Assembly: GCA_051362555.1 (NCBI GenBank)
Contig: CM120640.1
Span: 29,345,967-29,409,966, forward strand
Direction: 5' to 3'
DNA length: 64,000 nucleotides
Origin: Lingula anatina
Taxonomy: Eukaryota > Animalia > Brachiopoda
Shown here: one piece after another, positions 53,480 to 64,000 of the stretch
Layout of the letters: every line of letters begins with the position of its first letter
Position numbering within the stretch: the first letter of the stretch is position 1
Program-made: the position numbers and the translations under genes
Notes under the pieces: model-generated
What the model saw: only the letters and a program-made list of their open reading frames with translations
Databases searched by the model: none
What the model was told of the DNA's origin: nothing

Positions 53480-55400
53480 GTTTATTTTTTTATATTCATT
53501 CACATTTGTTTGAAGCTTCATTTGTCGTTCAATTTTTGGTAAAATTTTTTGGGTATTTTATAATGATAATATGTATTAATCTGCAACTTAAAAAGTTGGA
53601 TTTTACAATAAAAACAAATAGTGGTGAGATGCACAGTCTTTAAATAAACTTGTAATTGTTAAAATGATTTGATAAACATTAAAAGTTCATAATACCTCAG
53701 TTCTTAAAATTTGATAAAGCCCATGGGATAAAAGTTTTTGACAATCGGACAGTCCTCAGTTTTGGCTCAGTGTACTTATAAACCCGGCGCAAAGTATAGG
53801 AACTTTCATTTATCTCTGGTAGCATATGATGGATTTTGTGTCCTTAGGAGTACATGTTATGCAATTATCTTTTAGATAGTTCATCTCTTTTTCAAGCAAG
53901 AGTGATAAGTTAACACATTTCAAGTGCCCCATCACATGGCAGCTCTGGGAATATAATCTTACATGCTCTCATCTGGATGGATTCAATTTTATCAACTTGT
54001 TGTTGTGTGAGACCTGGGTGCCACACCTGACATGCATATTCTAATGTACTGTAGGTCTGATTACTGATGTGTAAAAGCTTACAAGTTCATTGGTTGGAAT
54101 ACCCGCTCTTTTCAAAAGCTTAAGATTGTGTAGCCTTCCCAGCTCATATCACTACTAATCTTAACCCCTAAGAAGACAGCAGACCCCACTCTCTCAATCC
54201 CTTATCTACTAGTAAGGGTGTAGTTTGTGTCCTTTTTTGAAGAAATCAAATATGATCTCTTTGGTCTTGGTAGTATTTATTGTTAGTTTATTAGCATGGG
54301 ACCAGAGAGTGAGTTCTGTTGTTGCATCAGGGAGATTGTCCTGCAGTTCGGTATTCCCGTAGCTTAGAATTGTGGTGTCATCCACGTATTTGAATGTGTC
54401 ACATTTGGTGCTCAGGTCGTTAATCATAATGACAAATAAAACTGGAGCAAGTTTTGTGCCTTGTGGTACACCTGTGTTAATGCATTGCCTGTCTGATTTC
54501 ACACTACCTATCTTGACACTCTGTTTCCTCTCAGCTGGGAAGCTGTAAATCCAGTTTGAAATAATTCCTGGGATACTTAATTAGACAGTTTTTGATTGAG
54601 CAGGGTGTGGTCTATTCTATTGAATGCTTTGGTATAATCGACCAAAAACATTCTGGCAATCCAAGAGTGTCAGTCTGCCTTGCAATAAGGTCTCTGGCTT
54701 CGATCAGTGCGTATGTCGTACAACTCCCTTTCATGCTGCTGACCTTCCTAAGGTCAAACTTATCGGTCACAATGTCCCAAATCCATTTAACAATAAAACC
54801 CTCCAATAACTTAGAGAGCACCGGAGTTAGAGATATGGGTCTAATGTCTGTCTCTATGGTCTTTGGAGGAATGCACTTAGGTAGTGGTGACACATATGCA
54901 TGTTTCCAGAGTGGTGGGACATATCCTTCGCGAACTGATGAGTTGAATATAGCACATACTGGAGTGGCTAGGTACCCTGCTAGGTCATGTAGGATCCAGT
55001 TGGGAACTTCATCGGGACCTGTAGACTTGTGTACGTTTACTTGGAGCAAGGCTTTTTCGACATCTTGTTTTGTTACCCTCTACCAGGCTGAGTGATAGAT
55101 TTTTTACAGATATTCACAGATATGTTTCTAGATATGAACTCAATTTGTTCAAAATGACAATCTATCTAGCTAGAGACATATCTGTGAATATCTGTAAAAA
55201 ATCTATCACTCACCCTGGTAGAGGGTATTGTTTTGTGATGATATATGTGGCTGGTACATGGTCTGCTGCTTCCACATGTTTCGGTTCAAGTGGCACAAAG
55301 TCATTTGTGACAGATTGTAAGAAAGTGTTTATTTTCCGGGCTAATAAGCTGAGATCACCATTGCACTCACTGATAGCCAAGCCCAGTAAGGAATTATTTT
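53480..55400 (-). mobile_element. CR1/L2-group LINE ORF2 relic (reverse transcriptase)
   Basis: KSTGPDEVPNW...IRPISLTPVLSKLLE and GVPQGTKLAPVLF...INDL...KYVDDTT, plus downstream YACQVWHPGL; frameshifted. Confidence 0.88.
55076..55225. mobile_element. 150-bp palindromic MITE with TA duplication, inserted in the LINE
   Basis: TA-CCCTCTACCAGG ... CCTGGTAGAGGG-TA, with ~55-bp near-perfect arms. Confidence 0.85.
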
Positions 55401-55670
55401 GTGTTGTTTACCCTGTAAGCAACTATAAGAGGGTGAACGATGCCATTTGGTATTTAAGAGGGTGAATGGTGCCATTTGGTACGGTTTAGAACTATGATTC
55501 AGCTAGTCAAAATTCTAATTTCAAGAGGGGACCAGAAATCAAAGGGGGGGGGGGGTGAGGGTCAAGACCCCCATGACCCCTCCTCTAAATCCACCACTGG
55601 TTCAACCAGTTATCCACTTTATATGTTATCTGTTTTGGTTATATACTGATTTTAAGTAGTAAAACTTTTG

Positions 55671-57690
55671 AAAACAAGGCAGCAAAGCTGTCAAATGTTC
55701 AGACAAAAAAAAAAAAAAAAAAAACAGAAACTAAGGATGCAGAAAATAGGTCATTTTGTCAATTTTGATGCAATAATAAATAATACTTATAATAGCATAG
55801 TCAATCAACAATGAATATTAATCATGCAAAGCAGCTAACATGGTCAATAACAGGAGCGAATCCAGAGATATTTTCTGACAGTATTTCCAAGTTATATTTG
55901 TTGATCCATCCTCCATTTTTGATGGTCTTCCCAGAGAAAAAATTAGATACCCGTCAATGTAAACTTTCAAATCTGACCATCTTCCAGAAGACCCAGAAGA
56001 CAGTCTCAATCTGCCCTTGCAATAACATTTCAGTTTCAGAACCGTGAGAGTTCAAATTCACATATTGAAAATCCCAATCCTGGCAGCAGTGTCCAAAATA
56101 GGGGTTTCTTCAACTTTTATGCATATAACATAATGCTTAACAGCATAATGACCATCAATTTTTAATAATAAAGTAAAAGTATCATGGATATTCAGAAAAT
56201 GTGACTAACAAAGGCCTTCAAGCCAATGGAAGTTCAAAGTCACACCTTGAAAATGTCTAACAAAAAAACTATATAATTTCCAGAAAAGATAAACAATAAG
56301 CTATATTTTAGTCCTATGCTACTTTTCTGTAAGTTTGAGAAGAGCAAGTGACATGGTTTTCCTTTAATGGTCACTATGGAGGCAGTGCTCAAAATAGGGT
56401 TGTCTTCAATTTTGATGCAATATTACATAATGCTTAACAGCATAATGACAATCAACTTTTAATAATAAAATAAAAGTATCATGGAAATTCAGAAAATGTG
56501 ACATGGAAAGGTCTTCAAGGTCATGGAAGTTCAGAGTCACATCTTCAATATGCCAAAATGTAAACAAGAGATGATTGTACTGAAATGATTTCTTTCCATT
56601 TTCACCATCTTTTTTTTTTTTTTTTTTTTTTTTTACATAAAATAATTAATTTACTGTCATTTTCTAATGATCAACTAAGAAAGTTGTTGACATGGGAAAA
56701 ATATCATTAGAACAATTTTAATTGTCCAATTTGCTCCATTCTAAGATTCTGAACAAAGGGAATGATTGAATCTGACAAACTGAATCTGAGTTTATTTCCA
56801 TTTTTGCCACTTTATTACCCAATACACAATAACAGGTTTACCATCATTTTTATATAATCAACTAACAATATTGTTAAGATGCAGAAAATGTCAAAAGAAC
56901 ACCTTTACATATCTAATTAGTTCAAAAATGACACATGCCTAAGAATTAAATCTGAGGAAAAAACACTTATATATGTAAAAAAGGCATAACTTCACCAAAA
57001 CTTAACCGATCAAGCTTATTTTCGAACTTAATTTGCATTTCAGTAAGACTGATCATTCCTGTGAATTTCAAGACAATTGATCAATTGATTTTCCTTGAAA
57101 TGTGTTATCGGTGTTGCATATATGTTGAAAAAAGTGAAAAAACCATAATTTTTTATAAAAATGCCCTGATCATGCTGATTTTTCGAACTTGACCTGCGTA
57201 TTATAAATATTCATCAGTCCTGTAATAAAGCCAAAAGGTAAAATGGTTTTCACTTATCGTGTTATCGGTGTTGCATATATGCTGAAAAAAAGTGAAAAAA
57301 CAGCATAAATTCCATAAAAATGGCCTGATCATGCTGATTTTCAAACTTGACCTGCGCATTACGAATATTCATCGGTTCTGTAAGTTTCAAGCCAAAAAAG
57401 TAAAACAGTTTTTCACTTATTGTGTTATCGGTGTTGCATATAATCTGAAAAAAGTGAAAAAACAGCATAAATTCCATAAAAATGGCCTGATCATGCTGAT
57501 TTTCGTATTGACCTGCGTATTATGAATATTCGTCAGTTCTGTAAGTTTCAATCCAAAGGGTAAAATGGTTTTCCACTTATCGTGTTATTGGTGGTGAAAG
57601 TGCACGGCGATGATGGCGACGACCACGACGGCAATGACAGACGCAGATGATGGCTATATGTACAGACACATCTGTGTCTGTACATAAAAA
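55671..57690 (-). mobile_element. HINE family 1, complete copy in reverse orientation (~2.0 kb)
   Basis: Both termini are intact: 5' hairpin TGTACAGACACATCTGTGTCTGTACA-TAAAAA at 57659-57690 and 3' AAAACAAGGCAGCAAAGCTGTC at 55671. Confidence 0.8.
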
Positions 57691-58353
57691 TTGTCAGATC
57701 AAGCTGATTTTCGAATGGATCAGTTCTGCAAATTTGAAGACAATTAATATGTCAAATAGATCACCATTTAGCATGTTATCTCTGAAAGCCCACAGATGCA
57801 GATGATATGGCTTTATGCAAACATCCTTTTTAAGAAATAAAATACCCTAATAAACAAATAGAACACATTCCCAAGTCTACTAAGAACAGTGACAGCCTCA
57901 AGGACTTCTATTCCCTGGGTCATGGACAAAATAAACATTTGTTTCAATGAGTCTCTGGACCTTTGAACCCTCTGTTCAAACCCGATAATTTATACCATAT
58001 GTTCATTGCAAAGCATATAATAATGCATGTGATAAATGTACTATGTAGTAACTGTATTTATTATTTTGCAAATCCATAGTGAATGTATAAATGAGATCTT
58101 ATAAATAATGTAAATATTTCATGCACCATGCAAGATCACATATATTGACAAAATGGATATATCTGTAGCACATTAAGAAAGTGTGTGTGAGTGTGAGTGT
58201 GTGTCTGTGTGTGTGTGTGTGTGTGTACTAGCTGTGGATTCAAGTTAAAACTACAATTCATGTGTAGAACAAGTATTACATGTACAGTACACGTAGTTAG
58301 TGAGAACTTTGAAAAATGTTCTGCCCAAAGTACATCATACTTATTATTTACAG

Positions 58354-58397
58354 GCTCCTTATATGGTTCACTGCAGTTTATCTCTGGCCCTGTCTTA
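58354..58397 (+). CDS. MFSD9: MFSD9-like copy B, exon 3 (GSLYGSLQFISGPVL)
   Basis: CAG and GTAAGT boundaries, 44 nt as in copy A. Confidence 0.9.
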
Positions 58398-58979
58398 GTA
58401 AGTATATAAATATTAAAATTGATCAAAGTTCTACAATATAATAAATATCATGGTTCTGTTTCAATACATTGAACTGCATGGGCTGGTTTTATGATAACAT
58501 TTACACCTTACAAAAAGAGAGCAAGATATCAATATATGAACAGATATCAAAGATAAAGCACAGAAATCAAATGTAGCTTTATATGCAAGAACATGTTTTT
58601 TCAAATGAATAAAATGGCAAAATTGACAAAGCCTGCTAGTAAATACTGTCAGCTAATTGTTGTCATTAAGTCGCTTTATGGTGTCTCGTGAAAAATATTG
58701 GAAGATAAGTTTGCTCATTATATGTATTAAAAGGGCAATTATGCAATGCATATGAGAAAATGATTTTGTTTGGCAAAATTGGCAGATGTAATATAAACTT
58801 ATATTTCTGCATTTTTACCGACAGTTTCATATGAAACCAGACCATTTGTAATGCCCTGAAAAAACTGACCTTTTAAAAAGAAAGCTTATAGTGTGATAAA
58901 GATCAAAATAATTTAAAGTTATTTTTGAATCTTCAATAATAAAAGATGTAAAATGAGTACTATATTGTATAACTTTGAT

Positions 58980-60230
58980 ATTGAAACTAATATCATTGAG
59001 TTCAAGTTCACACTTTGGAAATGTCAGAATGAGAAAAATGAAAATTTCACAAAAAAAAAAAAAAAAATCGGATAAATTCAAGAAAATATGGCAATCCAAT
59101 CAAGCTTATTTTCCAATTTGAGCTGTGTGTCAATCCTAAGAAACAAAATTATAAGTAACATATTTGTGGTGGCAGTACACAAAGTAGCTAGGTTTTTGTC
59201 AATTTTGATGGAATATTACATAATATTGAACAGCATATAATCACCACCAATCTTTAATTATATGTACTGCAGGTAACATGGACATTTAGAAAATGTGACT
59301 AGCAAAGATTTTCAGGCTCATGGAACAAACACACCTTAAAAATGGCAAAATGTAAAGAAGAGATAACTACTGAAATGAGTATATTACCATTTTCAACACT
59401 TTCTTACATAATACAAAATACCCCATTTACTTTCATTTTATATGATCGATTAACAAAACTGTTAAGATGGAAAAAATATCAATTGAAAAGTTTTAAATGT
59501 CCAGTTTGCTCCATTCTGAGATTCTTAACATTGTGACTGGTATGAGTTCATTTCCATTTTGACAGTTTATTACATGATACACAACAACAGATTTACCATC
59601 ATTTTTATGTTATCAACTAACAATTTTGTTAAGATTCAGAAAATGTCAAAATAACACTTTCACATATCTAATTAGTTCAATAATGAGGGTGTTAACATGC
59701 CTAAGAATTGAATCTGAAGAGAAAACATTTATATTCAAAGAATTTCGAACCTGATCTGTATATTAGTCCTATGAATCAATCCTGCAAGTTTTAAAGCAAA
59801 ATGTGACATGGTTTTCATGTTATCTGTATAACGTTGGATAAAATATGCTGAAAGAAAGTGAAAAAACAGCATTACTTTTGGAGAAATAGTCTGATCAAGC
59901 TGATTTTTGTAGTTCACCTGTATTTCAGTAAGATTGATCACTCCTGTGAGTTTCCTGACAATGGGCCTATAGATTTTCCCTAAAATGTGTTTTCAGTATA
60001 TCATATATATATATATATATTAAAACAAGCAAAGAAAAAAAAACTTCTGAAAAAAATGGCCTGCTCATGCTGATTTTTGTACTTGACCTGTATTTTGTGA
60101 ATATTCATCAGTTCTGTAAGTTTGAAGACAAAAGGTAAAACATTTTTCCACTTATCATGTTATCACTGAAAGTTCACAGCTGCAGCGACAGTGAATTGAA
60201 TCTGAGGATATCTATGTCTGCACATAAAAA
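58980..60230 (-). mobile_element. HINE family 1, older diverged copy in MFSD9-B intron 3
   Basis: Colinear with 56400-57690; degenerate 5' end TGTCTGCACATAAAAA. Confidence 0.7.
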
Positions 60231-60645
60231 CACAGATTCAGTGAAGATTACACGTAAGGAAACATATGGTCATATAGATAATAGTTTTAGGGCATATTAA
60301 TGACCTGGGTTCAAAGCTTGTCCTAATAATGAGATAAAGTTTTGTACACATCTTAATTGGCTAATTGTGAGTGATAATTATTAAAATTTGCAGAAAATGT
60401 CATATATTTTTCCTTAAAAGCATCAGTCAATCTTTACTAGCACATCTCTTTTAGATTTAATCTGCACATTTGCTCCCAAGTTTTAGAAAATACCAGTTTT
60501 GGCATGATATTTTCTAAAAAATCAGCATTTAAAAAATTTTTCACCATTCCCTGTCTTTCGTAATTTGAATTAACTTCAATATTGATTTCTCTGTGTAACC
60601 TTTTAATGTGCATGCTGTTTACCTTTTAATTTTTGTCCTTTTCAG

Positions 60646-60775
60646 GGCAAGTGGAGTGATGTTTCAGGTCACAGACATGCACTGATTCTGTGTCTTATTC
60701 TCTCAGCTTTTGGATACTTCTTATTAGGATTTTCTTACTCTCTGGTATTTGTATTTCTGGCGAGAATTCCAATAG
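60646..60775 (+). CDS. MFSD9: MFSD9-like copy B, exon 4 (GKWSDVSGHRHALILC...FLARIPI-G)
   Basis: TTTTCAG and GTAGGT boundaries, 130 nt as in copy A. Confidence 0.92.
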
Positions 60776-60981
60776 GTAGGTACATCTGTACTGCACCAGG
60801 GTGACAAACTTTCAAGAGTATGACTGTAATTTCTTGTTTGTTGTTGATAAACAGATTTAACAATATTTCTGTTGGCATGTCTTTAAATATTTAACTCAGA
60901 ACCTGTCTTTGTAGAATTAATATCAACTGATTGAAAAACGAGTGAATAAAATTTAAATTGTGTTATAAAATATTTAAATTA

Positions 60982-61256
60982 GTGTGCAAGAAAGTATGCA
61001 AAAAGTGCGCAGGAGGTGTGCAAGAAGTGCACAAGAGGTGTGCAAAAAATATGCAGGAGGTGTGCAAGACGTACGCAGGAGGTGTGCAAGATGTGCGCAG
61101 ATTGTGTGCAGGATGTGTGCAAAAAGTATGCAGAAGGTATGCAAGACGTATGCAGAAGGTATGCAAGAAGTACGCAGAAGGTATGCAAGAAGTGTGCTGG
61201 TTGTGGTGTAGGGGGTGTGCAGAGAGTGTGCAGGAGATGTGCAAGGAGTGTGCATG
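60982..61256. repeat. ~11-bp minisatellite (GCAAGAAGTGT/GCAGAAGGTAT-type units)
   Basis: About 25 degenerate units read directly. They explain six overlapping low-complexity ORFs. Confidence 0.85.
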
Positions 61257-62506
61257 AGGTGCGTATTTTACCATGCAAATGAGGCGTGCTGCGCATCCGC
61301 AGAGACCCTTACTGTGAATCTGCTGCGCATCCGCAGAAACAGTGTGCGGAAAGCTTAAAATTTTGCTAAGGGATTGCACCATTTTGCTTGAAGGTCTACA
61401 GGGTGGTGCCAAAAATATTGCACCTGGTCCATTTTGCTTAAAGGTCAACAACAGCTGGGTTTGTTAGGTTTTTCAATTAGTATATTATTTGAAAACTGCT
61501 TATGTCAAGTTAGTATCTATACTTCAGGTTTTCAGACCAATGCTTTTCCCTTATATAACACATGTTATTGTCAGTATTAAGATTTGGTAGAATAACCACT
61601 TGAACTTGATATGGTTACCATCCTTCAATGACAACCTAGCTTTAGGGACCTTTCCCACAGATATTTAGCTCGATCTATCTCCCTGGGGAGTCTCACTAAA
61701 TTGCTATCAAACTAACCGGCTTAAACGTATGTCACGCCTAGTAAAACTGTGAGGGGGTAATTATCTTTACCCCTAGCTGATTCGGTAGGCGTGACAGACA
61801 TCTAAGCCTCTTGAGCTGACAACAATTTAGCGTGAACCCCCAGGGAAATAGGTCAATCCAGATGGTACCCAGTCTTATAGTGCACATGGATGAAAATTCA
61901 TCACTGGTTACACAAGTATATCACAAGTCGCTCTTTTACAGATGGGTCCCCCATGTCACATAGTGCACTATAAGAACGTAACCAACTACAAGCTTGTGCA
62001 TGATTATTTTTCCAACAGTTAAGTCTAACAGCAGCATGGAAATGATTACACCTGCTCAAAGTTCATTCAAGCATTTTGAGGAACAAAATGGCAGATTACT
62101 ACCGATGACTCCAATATGCATCTGACAAAAGAAAAAACATGTGCTTTCATATGAAAAATACATTGTATGTTGCTCAGATTCATTAGGTTGATGAACTGGT
62201 CAAATTTACAGCTGTGCTTACTCCTAACCATGCAGCTTGTTTGCCTTATAGATAAGTGAAGAACAATTATGTAATGAGCATTTAGCACCTAGGCACTATG
62301 TGGAGTAGCCAGCTGCACAAAGACAAAAGTATTTGCACCCAAGCAAAATAATTGCTACTGTCTGACCAAAAGATATTGGGGTCCAGCAAGAATTTTTGTT
62401 GGGAATGTCATTGCTTAGCTGACCTCAAGGCTACCATTACAGTGCCTTTCAATTTTGTGAAAAAAATTAGAGGAATTCTTACAGGTACATGCTGATTTTT
62501 ATCCAG

Positions 62507-62716
62507 GTATCTTCAAGCACAGTCGTACCATTACCAAAGCCTACATAACTGACATTGTCCCTAAAGATCACCAGTCAGCAGCATTTGGCAGATTTAATGC
62601 AGTGTGCTCTATTGGTTTTATTCTGGGTCCCCCTGTAGGAGGTCACATAGCAGAACTTCCTGGTGGGTTTCAGTTAGCAGCTATGCTAGCTGGAGGGATC
62701 TTTCTTTTAAATGCAG
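62507..62716 (+). CDS. MFSD9: MFSD9-like copy B, exon 5 (GIFKHSRTITKAY...GFILGPPVGG...LLNA-G); exon 6 lies beyond the window
   Basis: CCAG and GTAAAA boundaries, 210 nt as in copy A, no stops. Confidence 0.92.
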
Positions 62717-64000
62717 GTAAAAGAATGTGTCAAATAATCTTTCATGCGTGCACACAAGTACATGTTGAGTTGCTACTCCCATAGGCTTAGCAGCTGAACT
62801 CTGCAATGTTATTTCCTTTAAACTTTTATCTGTTGGCTTGGTTGCTTCTTCCAAGACATTGAGCATTTTTCCATATGTGGCTGCATGCCTATTGATGAGG
62901 AAAAACAGAAAAACAGCCATATATGTCGACAGATGTACATACTTTTATTTGATGTTTTGCAGAACATTAATCTCGTTAGAAGAACATGCATGGTAGGATT
63001 AGTTATTGCATCTGAGCATGTACTTTTATGAAAAAGTCAAAATGGCCACCAAAACATACAACAAGAACTGAAAAAGATCAGACCATATCTGATATAATAA
63101 GTCTAACCTCCACCTTGAATATTTCTGTTCATTGTGATATTTTATTAGCTATGATCATGATGTACATGTATTAGAATAGACTTTTTGACATTATTTAACC
63201 TCAGTAGTAAAATTGCTACTCTTGTGGACCACATGGTCAAACTTTGATCTGTCATTTCCTATACACTCAAAAAAGGAATTGCATATATTTGAGCTAGAAA
63301 AATCAAATAAGCTGGAATTTTCTTGGCAGTTGCTACTTTTGGGATATTGGGAACTTTTAAAAAGCTAGAATGGCCATCAATATGTTACATAGAATAAAAA
63401 GTTTATAAAAATGGTCTAATTGTCTGTTTAAGTTCTAAGTGACCTTAAAATGTATAGTATTTGGCTTGCTTTCCTTGTGTTCTTCTAGATGTTGTCATTA
63501 AGTACAATGTAATAAGTTAATGTTCATGCATATGGATTCCTTGGAGTTTGAACTCCTCTACTCTCTCAACTACAGTAATAAATTCTCTTACAGCATGTAT
63601 TTACTAATCCTACTTTGCTCTTCTGTTAGGTTTAGCATTTACATGAACTAGAGCTAAAAAAAAGTTTATCAATTGACTTTGCTTTTCTATTTTTCCTCGC
63701 AATTGGCAGCCATTTTGAAAAATGCTCAGTGTGCTAAAAGTAACAACCAAACTAGATTTACCCCTCTAGCTACCAGTATGACGGATGCATTTCTCTTAAA
63801 GTTTCTAGGAAAGAACATTGCAGGGTTAGAATTCTGACTTCTTGTGCATTAGACACAATGTTCATGTACAGTGTATACGTTCAATTTCTTTTAACGAATG
63901 TCCATTTTTCATAACAGTAAAGAGTTGGCTAAATGTGAAATTTTTCATTTTCTTTAGTGTTTTAGAAATTTAGTGTCATATATGAGGTTTACATTTGCAT

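Noticed and set aside
57060-57600. CRISPR-like repeat array
   Set aside because: The units are degenerate tandem repeats without unique spacers, there are no cas genes, and the context is eukaryotic.
60958-61451. Cys/His-rich ORFs resembling metallothionein or zinc-finger proteins
   Set aside because: Both strands and several frames are open because an 11-bp minisatellite lacks stop codons, and the region is inside an MFSD9 intron.
46135-62716. Copy B as an uncollapsed haplotype of copy A
   Set aside because: Exon 2 is about 30% divergent and the introns differ in length and content, far beyond allelic variation.

Overview
AT-rich, intron-containing animal genomic DNA, most likely a marine invertebrate (taxon inferred from style and not confirmed). 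The window opens inside the last coding exon of FoxO (1-1304), followed by about 7 kb of nearly transposon-free sequence that probably is its 3'UTR. Two tandem, same-strand MFSD9-like transporter genes follow. The ORF track mostly misses them, but they can be rebuilt exon by exon with GT-AG junctions and identical intron phases. Copy A is complete (6 exons, 12726-28632, 422 aa). Copy B has exons 1-5 (about 46135-62716) and its last exon lies beyond the window. The copies are about 70% identical in exon 2 but share perfectly identical tracts over MFS motifs A and C, which suggests localised gene conversion. Introns and the intergenic region are dense with transposons. These include a multi-copy Helentron/HINE-like rolling-circle family, PIF/Harbinger and Kolobok MITEs, a full-length but disrupted DD34E Tc1 inserted into a MITE's terminal repeat, fold-back elements, and L1/Tx1, L2 and CR1-group LINE relics, often nested. 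I found no prokaryote-type system, RNA gene or CRISPR array. The best leads are the paralog pair, the HINE family (tandem copy, captured MITE, FoxO consensus site) and a possible Kolobok relic. All alignments were done by eye.
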